Source of the DNA: Utricularia gibba
Lineage: Eukaryota > Plantae > Magnoliophyta
Reading direction: 5' to 3'
DNA: 64,000 bases
NCBI GenBank assembly: GCA_002189035.1
Contig: NEEC01000012.1
Coordinates: 248,001 to 312,000 of the forward strand
Made by a program: the position numbers and the translations under genes. The notes under the pieces are model-generated. The model was not told the DNA's origin, did not search any database, and saw nothing but the letters and a program-made list of their open reading frames with translations. Below are positions 1 through 10,711 of the stretch, piece after piece. Positions within the stretch are counted from its first letter, which is position 1. Every line of letters begins with the position of its first letter.

Positions 1-532
1 TGCCCTGCCCTCCTCAGAAGTGAAGGGATCACTATGCAAACTCATTATTTTATTCTTCCTCTGGAAATGATCGCCAAACGCGAATTACGTGTTTATCTTT
101 AATTATTCCGGAAGCCCCGCAGCACTTCTGGGAGTGGAGCAACCGGTACGCCTGCTTGGACCGAGACCCAGTAATGGAATGCAATGGAATGGACTGGAAT
201 ATGCCTGCCCTCAGCAACACAGACGCAATACAAAATGCCCTCCGCCTCTTTTCAAAAAAACGTGCTTCGAATACGCTGTTGGCACAAGTCGTTCTTTATT
301 CGCCAGCCCATGCATTTCATTCATCTCCTTATTCCTATTTACCTCCATAGTCGTTTTCAGATAAATACATCAAATATATTTTTTTCTTGTAAGAAAATCA
401 TTTCAAAATTTCAATATCACACGGTTGTAAGTGTAAGATGACGGCGCCTTCCTTTGAAAGGCACTATAAAAAGGCGACCCACCTCTCCCCATTTCTTTGA
501 TTATCCAACTTTACCTTTTCTACTTCTCCGCC

Positions 533-2091
533 ATGGAATCCCTGAAGCCGATCCTCGCCGTCGCCGCAGAAAAGCTTGACAAACTCCACGCCGGCTACTT
601 TCGAATCACTCTCTCCCTCTGCTCCCAAGTTCTCCTGTGGAAGATCCTTCTCCAACCTCATCATGATCGTAGAACCGATATCCGGGTTTCAAGAACCTTC
701 TACTTCACCTTCCTCGGCATTGCCTGGTCCCTCTCCCTCCTCGTTCTCATCCTCCTCTCCTTGCTCTACTCCCTCAAATGCCTGCTCCGGTTCAAGACCA
801 TTAAAGCGGAGTTCACACACCACATCGGAGTTAACTATCTTTTCGCGCCGTGGATATCCTGGCTTCTCGTGATCGAAGCGGCGCCGTTTGTCACCCCGAG
901 GACGGTCACCTTTGTGGCCCTCTGGTGGATCTTCGCCCTGCCGGTGGTTGTTCTCGATGTTAAGATATACGGGGAATGGTTCACCAAGGGGAAGAGGTAA
1001 TCAATCCTTGCCCCTCTTGCTCGCAATATTATTTTATTACCGATATTTATAGATATATTTTCTGAATACAATTTTATCTATAATTTATAAAAAAAAAATC
1101 TTAGGTATCTAACGGCGGTGGCTAATCCGACGAGCCAGTTGACTGTCATTGGGAATCTGATAGGATCACGTGCTGCCGCGAAGATGGGGTGGAAGGAGGT
1201 GTCGGTGCTTCTTTTCTCTCTAGGGATGGCGCATTATTTGGTGCTTTTCGTTACTCTTTACCAGCGGCTCCCTGGCGGCGAGCAGCTTCCGGCGATGCTC
1301 CGGCCGACCTTCTTTCTGTTCTTCGCCGCCCCCAGCGTCGCCAGCCTCGCTTGGTACTCCATTTCCGGAAGCTTCGACACCGTTTCCAAGATGCTGTTTT
1401 TCCTCTCGCTTTTCCTCTTCGCCTCACTGGTGCCCTCCTTTTTCCCATTTATTTTTTTTCAAAGATAATTGATTGCCCACATGCACACTCAGACCTATAA
1501 AGCGTGTCTCCTCACTCTAGTGGTGAGGTTATCGTTTTCAAACACACAGTTAGCTCTGACTTTTATATGAATTAAAATAATGTTGTCTGCTGAATTCCAC
1601 GGCTTTAGCTGCGTTGACATTTTTCTTCTTACATTATTTATTAGAATTCTATACGGTTAGGAAACAGCTTAGGGCTAGGTTGAGTCATGCACAGACAATA
1701 GCCGTCCCACTTCTATTCATATACCCTCTCGAAACCTAGCTTCCAGGTTCATCCTGTGCGTTAATTATTCTATAATATACCTGTGTAGGTGTGCAGGCCA
1801 AAGCTGTTTACGATTGCGATGAAGAGGTTCACCGTGGCGTGGTGGGCATACTCCTTCCCCATCACCATGCTAGCGCTAGCCTCCACGAGGTACGCGGAAG
1901 AGGTGGAGGGAGGGTTCCCTCACGGCGTTCGGATCGCTCTATCTGCACTCTCCGTTTTCGTGCTTCTCAGCCTCCTCTGTGCCTCCATCTTCGATCGCAA
2001 ATGGTTGTACCTCGAGGATGATCTGGTTCCCAGCAGTGATAATGTGCCAGGAGGCGCCAACCCGTGCAGAGTCACCCCGGAAGGATGTTAG
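533..2091 (+). CDS. SLAH1: S-type anion channel, SLAC1/SLAH family, SLAH1/SLAH4-like; exons 533-996, 1105-1429, 1789-2091 (about 363 aa)
   Basis: GT-AG splicing joins the ORFs into family-typical motifs LHAGYFRITLSL, HHIGVNYLFAPW, GKR|YLTAVANPTSQ, FFAAPS and SL|VCRP..F.VAWWAYSFP. There is no long N-terminal cytosolic domain, as in the SLAH1/4 clade. SLAH1 versus SLAH4 cannot be resolved by eye. Confidence 0.9.
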
Positions 2092-2692
2092 GAAACGCAA
2101 GTGTTGAGGGGGTAGATAGAGCAGTGGGTCCATCCCCCCGTGATACGCTTCGGTTCTATGGTTGCATAAGTGGTGTACTACACAGAAAAATAAAATAAAA
2201 TAGCAATCTATATCCATGTTTTAAAAAGTGCCCCATCGTCGTCCTTAACTCGATGGAATCGAAATTAAACTTAATGAAATATTTGTATGATTGGTTTTAA
2301 TCCAGGAAAAATCGATTAATTGGGTTCAGTTCATCTATGGATTGATTAGAAATTTTTTCATTTACACGATGGGTTTCAAAAATGAATATTGTCAAATGTC
2401 AATGTTTTTATTCTTTTGTTGGTGTATCAATGACAAATACATATTATCAATTTTTAATAATACATGTTTTTGTGCATAAAAATATATTATTTTTATACTG
2501 ATTAAATAACTTCTAATTTTATATAAAAAATAACCATATAAAAATAAAAAAAATAATTCATTTAGGATAAATTAGCAAGATTTCTAAAAAAACTGTACTC
2601 GATTCAAATTACTTATAATCAATTCCCATGACTTTATATTTATATTTGAATATTGTCGATTTCAAATTACTCGATATGAAATAATAATCTAT

Positions 2693-3371
2693 GAGCTTGT
2701 TTGGTATGATGTTTAGTATTAGAGTGCTTTTAGAAATTAAGTAAAATAAAACCTTCAAATGGGTGGGTGTCATTAGTTTGGTATAATAGTTTATTTTATA
2801 AGGGATAATAAAATGTGTGTTTGGTTGAGTATATTAAAAATTTGATTTTAATTAAAATTTACCATTACACCATTATTTATTGACATAATTAGTTTTCCCC
2901 AAATCCCATCATAAAGCCTTGTGTCCGTAGCGAGAAAATTGCTATTCCCTCTATGTAGACCAGCGCCATTGAAATTTTCCCAAAACACTATTCAACTTGA
3001 ATTTTCTAGCAAGAAAATTGCTACGTCCCTCTGCTTCCATCCTATTGAAAACACAAGCAAAGTTTTTGAAGAAGATGAATAGGAGGAGTTTCTCAAGATT
3101 ACCTGGTAGCTAGGGTTTTGAGGGGAGGAGAAATATCTTTACCTGCATGTAAAAGTTCTGATTGAGTAGAAGGGTAAAAGAGACAATTATTATGTTAGTC
3201 TTACGAAACCCATCTTCTTGGTGGGTTCACAAAAATACCCAAAACCTAGGTTTAATAACAAAATCTAAATTTTAGAAACGGGTCATGAGAAAAGAAAAAT
3301 AGTTAACCAAACGAAGTTTTATTTTAAAACCCAATCTATATCTGATAAATACCCATATACCAAACGACCCC
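2693..3371. mobile_element. Non-autonomous TIR element (Tourist/PIF-like MITE)
   Basis: Imperfect TIRs GAGCTTGTTTGGTAT and reverse complement GGGGTCGTTTGGTAT; TAT flanks both ends (2690-2692, 3372-3374); no ORF. Confidence 0.6.
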
Positions 3372-3695
3372 TATGTATGAATTGTTAATTGATGATGAGG
3401 TTACCCAAATTCACCTTATGGATTACACATAGGCTAGGGATTGAAGAATGATGAGCCCGTTGCTAAAGTAATGAGCAGTACACATGGACCATTGTAATAA
3501 GTAAGATCTACACAAATTCAACTAAAAGCTCAGAAGTGATCCCAAATAACATAACCCGATTGAAATCTGACTTTCTAGACTCAAGATAAGGCCCCACATG
3601 TACTAAAGTTGATTCTCTCTCTCGTAACCGTTGGAGTATCCCCTATAAGAACAAACTCATGCCTGTAATCTATATATTTTTTTGCATACTAATAG

Positions 3696-6600
3696 TGAAG
3701 AAATTCATACACTTTACCTAGATGTAGTAGAGATTTTGAAATGAAATTAATGAAAACATCTTCATTATGACAAAAAAAATCACTTTTGCATAAGACAAAC
3801 TTCATGAATACCTAAAGGGTTACAAAATAAAAGTGACCCAATTGAAAGGTTCACATGTGACTATTTTTTTATTCACCACACAATTAACGATGCATTCTTC
3901 ATCATAGACAATTGTAGACATTGCTTTCTTGACCTACACCTCAAAGTGGCTTTTACCCAAAAACGAAAAAGGTAGATTTTTTTGAATAGGAGACATCCAA
4001 TCATTTCTAGAATGGTACAATTTTTTTTGTCACTCACTCCATTTTGTTTAGGAGTTTAGGGTTGTGCAACAGTATACTGATGTAGAATAACTTCATTACA
4101 GAAGAGTTTTATGAAGTATTTGGAAGTATACTAACCTCCATTATCAAATCAAAGAACTTTGATTGTCATGTGGGTTTGTTTTTATGCCATTGTTTTAAAG
4201 TTTAAACTTGGTGAGTGTTTTGGACTTGGATTTGAAAAAAATATGCAGCAATATTTTGAAAAATCGTCAATAAAACTTTGTACGTATTTTCTATCATTCA
4301 ATGAGCTTTCCTTGAATGGGCCGGGCCACATATCAACTCAAGTTTTGTAGTGCTGATAGTATCACTATGTGGATATGGCTTACACACTACTTTTCCTTTT
4401 TAAGACATATCAAAGTAGAAATCATCAAGTTTTATGTCATTTAATTCAATGGTAGTTCCCTTTGGCTGTAATATCTTCATATTGTTTATTCTATAGTGTC
4501 CTGGATGTTTGTGCGACAACTGAGTGTCTTTTGAGATAGAATATGCCAGAATAAGTAGATTAGGGTAGCCTAGTTTGTATAGATTATTATATAAGCACAT
4601 GGCTTGTAGAGATATATGTTTGTCTCGACTAGTAATGATAACCCCTTCCTTTGTTAATTGCAGAATGAATCCTTGATGTTGGAGTTGGCCCTTGAAAAGG
4701 AGATTTTGCACAAATTTCAAGTACATAGCACATATTTTGATCACAAGAAAACCAGTTTGAGTATGCAGTTTAATAGTTCCTTTGCCTAGAATCTTGGTGA
4801 CATATTAGATTGATCCCCATACATTATTGTCAACAACTTCAGTCAATGAGATGAAATATTTTAGATTTTCACATTCATGGCAAGTGGCTCCACTATCCAC
4901 ATACCATCCTTGTTTAGGGAGGTCTAATTTGGACATAAGAACAAATTTTGTATCATACACATCCAATGGGGACACCTCTTTTTCACCTTTAAAATAGGTG
5001 AATGTAGTGGATTCATCATGTCCTTGCTACTTATTAGATTTTGCTATCTCAAATTAGTAGGTGACTTTGTGGGCCAGTCTCTTTCAAAATGAACTTTTGC
5101 TTTGTAGTGACTGCATTTAGCCTCAAGATGATATCAATATAAGTAAGGCTTATGGAATGGCTTCTTGTAGTGACTACACAAAGGTGCATTTTTCCTCCAA
5201 TAGTTTTCAACGGTATGATTATCTCTATCACAATAGGTCCATTTTTTTTTTACTATGAATGATATTGGCTTACTTGTGGATTCTGTTCTTGTATTCTTCG
5301 ATGCACTAAACAACACAAATTCAACGGAGATTTGAACCTCTTTTTTCATGAAGTTGCATAAGCTTTTCAAAGGATTGTGATTCTCCTATAAATTAAGAAA
5401 AGGTAATTTCTTCTTCATTCCCAATTATCTTTCTCATTTTTCTTCAAGTTCAATAGCACATAACTTAACTTGAAAACATTCAGGTAGGCTCACCATGGCC
5501 TTCTCAATAACTTTGAAATATGGAAAGTCTTCTCCAAGAGCTCAAATATCACTGAAAAGTTTGGAGGTTAAGTTGGAATTTTTCTTGAGAGTCTCATGAT
5601 CTTCAATTTCATTACATTCAAACTCTTCCATTAAGCTTCATCTTTTATACTATTTCATCCACTTCATATAGCTCTTGTAACTTGTCCAAAATATATTTGA
5701 AAGTGCTGCAGGTTGTTATTTTTTCTAAAACGTCTTTAGACAAGGCAACATGTAGAATGGCAACAACATCATATTTTGAGTCCTCAAACTATTCCAAGAA
5801 CTCGAGTTTGGTATCAGTGGGCTATTTGGATAAAATATGTGAAATGAATTCATCTTTGATAACCACTAGGTATCAAAGATGTTTACATTTCAAGTAGGGG
5901 TTAGCTTTAGGATCCACTAGGTATAGCTCCTATTGCTACCAGAAAATTCTGCTACCAGGGAATCGATTCTCTAATCATCACCCATATATTAATTCTAATA
6001 ATCTTATTACATCAATTGTGAGAGCCATTGGCTAAACAATTTAGGGAACTTAATATTTGTCGGTTTATTTGCAGTTATGATATCTTTATTTCACAAGTAC
6101 TTTAGTCATAGAATTTTAACTTGTAAGTAAATGCTTGGGAAAATCTCACATTATCATTTCATCATAATTTCTACAGCAAATATATCAATTAGAAGATTTT
6201 GTCAGTGATATATATTTGATCTCAATTCATAATAAGGTTCCTCAATAAGTTGCTAATTTCTTGAACACATACTCTTGCGTGTCGTTTCCTCAAAAAAATT
6301 TAAATATTTAAAACGTAAAACACCAGAAAGCATAGTACAAATATCGATCACAGAGAGTTGTTTTTTGTGAAAATTGTTTTGTAAGAAACCTCAAAATGTT
6401 ACGGTTTTGTAAAAGGGGGTTTTTAGAATGCAGAAATAAAAGTCACAACCTAAGTGATGGCCCTTGATTACGGTACACAGTTCCTGGGAATAAGATTCCA
6501 TCTCCTTCCTTTGTCCGTCCTTGCCTCAATTTTCATTGATTTCTTTCGAATAACTGGTTATAGGAGCACGGGAATAGTCTCATGTGATTCCTCCTTGGAC

Positions 6601-7887
6601 GATTAGGAAGACAAGAGGATTGCCTTCAAAACCGAATTGTGTGCATGTGCCCAGCTATTGCCAATGGCCAGTTGCAGGTCCAAGGTCACAACCTGTCCAC
6701 TATCGCGGTACCTAAGCTACAAACAATCTGCTACTTCCCTCGAACCGGCAGGATTAGAGTTGATGCTCTTCACCTTGATCTTCACCAAAATCTGCGAGAA
6801 GTGGCCTGCTACTCATGGACCTTGACTAAGAGTCGTTACAGAAAGACTGCAACAAGATGCGTGGAAGTATGCGGAATCCGAATTGAATTCAGCGAAGAAT
6901 CGAGTGTATTGCTCAGGACTTGGAAGGAAACTTCATCTACTTCCAAGAAACTAAAGGTTTTTAGCCACAAAGGGCCATCAAAACAGAAATGAAAAGGAAG
7001 CTAAGTGTTCTTCCGCCTTGGAAGGGAGGAAGAACTCAAAAGTTCTAAGTACAAGAAAGAAAGTGGCAAAAGTCCGAAACTAAATGCTCCAAGTGGCTTT
7101 TATATGACTCCCCACGTGCATTAACTTCTTTGGGTCCCCTTCTCATCATTCTTTCTGTCTTGCGTGCGCCACCAGACTTTCTTTGCGTGCAAGTTTGCGC
7201 CCAATCATTGCTGCAGACTTTGACATGCCGTAAGTCAGGGGCCTTGACTAGTGTCAGTCTTCCGCCCACAATTGTTCCAACTCGCGTACAAGGCACGAAA
7301 ACTCAGAGTCTGACCACCTGCAATACTCCTGCAACACTCTATGACAGTCTCTTGACATGTCTCGGTCAAAGTGTGAGAAAAAAGGCAGAAAATATATACA
7401 AAATAGGAAAATAGGGATTTTCTAATAAAAATCAAATACTTAATAATAAGACTTCTAATTGGGCGACTTAGCACTAAATTAATACCTAATAATACTTAAT
7501 TAATAACTAAAAAATGACACTTAACACATACACTAACACATATTAGATTCATGACAACTAAAACAACATTAAGAATGAAGCTTGAACACAAGAACACAAG
7601 TTTGCAGTTTTGATACCATGAAGAAATTCATACACCTTACCCAAATGTAGAATAGCATGTGAAATCAAAGTAGTTAAAACATCTTCATTATGGCTGAAAA
7701 AAACAAGTCATTTGTTACATGTGATAAACCCTATCAATACCTAAAGGTTCACAAAATAATAGTGGCCCAACTCAACGATCCACATGTGACTTCTTTTTTT
7801 TTCTCTAAACAATCAATGATGCGTTTTTCATTGTAGACAATTGCATATTTTGCTTCCTTGACCGGCACCTCAAAGCTACCTTCAACA
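3696..7887 (-). mobile_element. Internally deleted Ty1/copia LTR retrotransposon, interrupted by a solo LTR
   Basis: Diverged direct repeats 3696-~3959 and 7619-7887 both begin TGAAGAAATTCATACAC. A PBS-like TGGTATCAAAAC (minus strand, 7607-7618) abuts the right LTR. Flanks are AATAG and AATAC (4/5 TSD). The minus strand encodes gag remnants, a degenerate zinc knuckle (WTYCDRDNHTVENYW) and the copia GWYVDSGATCH motif near 4890. No RT is seen. Confidence 0.8.
6273..7526 (-). mobile_element. Solo LTR, family A (Athila-type), 1254 bp
   Basis: Minus strand starts TGTTAAGTGTC and ends GACACGCAAGA (CA mutated). Perfect 5-bp TSD CATAC at 6268-6272 and 7527-7531. Homologous to the LTR at 9921-10584. 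Confidence 0.9.
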
Positions 7888-7939
7888 AATACAAAGTGAA
7901 GTTTCAATTCGATGACTAAATAGACTCCAAGCTAGAGAG

Positions 7940-9830
7940 TGACAAATCTCTTCTTAGGTTCTAATGTCAAGCTACGCCACACTTTTCCATGAACATTTCC
8001 CAGTAAAAAATCAATCATGTTCGTTGTGCTATCAAATCTAGGCTCAGTACCATCACCCATGTTCGATGACAAAAGCTACTACAAATGGGTTGCTAAGATA
8101 ACTAACCTCCTTAGAATCTTGAAGCAGTGGGAGATCTTTCTGAAACCTCTAAATTTTACTGACTCTAATGTAGTTAGTGCAGCAAAATGGGAGGAAAAAC
8201 AGCTCCTAACTAGAATTGTTGAGGATGTAGTTATTGATGTTGAAGTATACAACCACATGATACATTACAAGACTCCAAACGAATTCTTGATCAGAGTTCT
8301 ATATTATAGAAAAGAAAAAAAAGAGAAAGGAGATTATCACTTTATGGTGACTAATTGACAACCTGAAACTAGCTCTAAGAAGCGTGATTAGTTCATTTAT
8401 TGAGATCCTACTACCTGGTATAAAGACACTCGAAGCTCTTGGTGAGAATATGAGGGTAAAGAAGAAAATAGTTGGAGTACTCCTTAAATTCTACACTTTT
8501 GTAGTCACTCTATATTCTTCATAGATCAGTTGAAGAAGCTAATTCCTGCACAATTGATTAATGCCCTTCGAAAAATTGATGATAGGGTATTCAAGGTTAT
8601 TTATCTTTACTCCACCAAGGGAATGGATGCGAAGGAAAAAAAAAGGTGGTCACCCTCTTTGTCCTTTTTGCGATCAAAGAATCATCTACACAAAAACTGT
8701 TTCTATCACACTAACAAAGGGGCACTTCTGAAGGGTATGTAAAGCGTGAAAGGAGGAAGAATTGAACAAGCATAGGAATAGCTATATCCAATGTATCCTA
8801 TTTCTTATTCAATGAAATGAAAGTATTTGACGTTTAACAATAGTACGGAAATTAAATCTTTGTCACTCATATTTGTGAGGGCTTCTCAAATTATACAACT
8901 TATAGATTCTCGTGTGGCAAAATAATAGAAATAGATGATGGAAATATTATCAAAGTGCATGAAGTAGGGACTACCCATACTTTGTCCTACAAGCATCTAG
9001 ATGTTCAAGGACACCTACCTTATCCCAAGTATCCAACAACTTCATCAACATAGGACAATTGACAACTAGAGGTCAATACATGAATTTCGCTAATAATCAA
9101 TGTGAAATCAGTGCCCATATAGGACAACACATTCTAAAATTGAGTATGAAGAACAAGATGTTTCTCGTGAGACCACTAGATTCATTTCACACCGACTCCA
9201 TAGTGTACCTCATTGCCAAGGAATCTTTCAACCTTTGGCACAAAAGGTGCTGACACTATCATTTCGCATCTCTTAACAGAGTGCAAAACACTAACTAGTA
9301 CATGAACTCTCGAAACTTATAGCAAGATATGACCTATGTGAAAGCTACAAATATGGAAAACTAGCAAGATTATCTTTTAGGAAAACGTTATGGAAGGCTA
9401 TAATGAAACTATAGCTCCTTCAAAATGATCTATGTGAACCTATAAGCACACGTACACCAATAGGAAATAGGTACTACCTGATCTTTGTTGATCTTTGTCG
9501 AAGTTCTAGTCTGTTTTAAGAAATTTAAGGCATAGGCTGAAAATCATATTAGAAAAAAATTGAAGAGTTTAAGGATTGAAATGGTGGTGAATATAAAAGT
9601 GAGGAGTTTAAATAGGGCATCTTATGTTTGGAAAGGATGTGTCTGTAAAATATTAGATAGAAGCAATGAACACTTCAAATCTACCTACTAAGGAGACTAT
9701 TGACAAGTTGAACAATTGATTATAAGACTCCATTTGAGCTGTGGTATTATCGAAAGACAAGTGCAAACCACCTCAAGTTTTTTTTAGATATGTTAGCTAT
9801 ATTTACATACATGAAGTAAAAAGTAAAAAG
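7940..9830 (+). pseudogene. Degenerate Ty1/copia gag-integrase fragment
   Basis: Gag-like ORF 8017-8358, LWHKRC*H (cf. LWHxRLGH), a decayed CxxC, a GNRYYLIFVD integrase motif and a decayed HLKxF..YIH motif; many stops and frameshifts. Confidence 0.7.
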
Positions 9831-9920
9831 TTAAAAAAAAAAGGTTAACATTTTGTGAGTGTTTTGTGTGGTTGAATGTTGGTTTGTATGTATAATTGTT
9901 CTTTTTGTGTGTTTTGTAGG

Positions 9921-10584
9921 TGTTAAGTGTCATTTTTTAGTTATTATTTAGGTATTATTATGTATTAATTAAGTGCTAAGTCGCCCAATTAGGAGTCTTA
10001 TTATTAAGTATTTGATTTTTACTAGAAAATTCCTATTTTTCCATTGTGTATATTTTATGCATTTTTTCTCGCACTTTGACCGAGGCATGTCTGGAGACTG
10101 TCAGGAGTGTTGCAGGAGGATTGCAGGTGGTCAAACTCTGAGTTTTCATGCCTTGTACGCGAGTTGGAATGATTGTGGACGGAAGACTGACACTGGTCAA
10201 GGCCCATGACTTATGGCATGTCAGAGTCTGCAGCAATTATTGGGCGCAAACTTGCACGCAAAGAAAGTCTGTTGGCGCACGCAAGACAGAAGGAATGATG
10301 GAAAGGAGACCTAAAGGAGTTAATGCACATGGGAAGTCATATAAAAACCACTTGGAGCACTTAGTTTCGGACTTTTGAACAATTTCTCTTGTACTTAGAA
10401 CTTTTGAGTATCTTTCATTTCTGCATCTTAAAAACTCCCTTTTACAAAACCGTGACATTTTGTAGAAGTTGCTTGCAAACACTTTTCACGAAAAACAACT
10501 CCTTGAGATCGATACTCGTACTGCGCTTTCTAGTGTTTTACGTTTTAAAATATTTAAAATTTGTTGAGGAAACGACACGCAACA
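9921..10584 (+). repeat. 5' LTR of the Athila element (family A, internally deleted)
   Basis: TG...CA termini (TGTTAAGTGTC ... GACACGCAACA); matches 6273-7526 apart from about 590 missing bp. Confidence 0.88.
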
Positions 10585-10590
10585 AATTTT

Positions 10591-10603
10591 TGGCGCCGTT
10601 GCC
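10591..10603 (+). promoter_or_regulatory. Primer-binding site complementary to the tRNA-Asp 3' end
   Basis: TGGCGCCGTTGCC, 6 nt after the LTR CA; the typical Athila PBS. Confidence 0.88.
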
Positions 10604-10711
10604 GTGGAGTTGTGTATTTTTGTGTTTAGTATTTTTTCTTTTCTTTTCTTTTTCTTTCTTTCTTCTTGTTTTTCTTTTATTTCTGTTTTGCTGCTGTTTT
10701 TCTCTGTTTTT

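Noticed and set aside
197-204. P1BS-like GAATATGC upstream of the SLAH gene
   Set aside because: A single degenerate 8-mer is expected by chance at this frequency.
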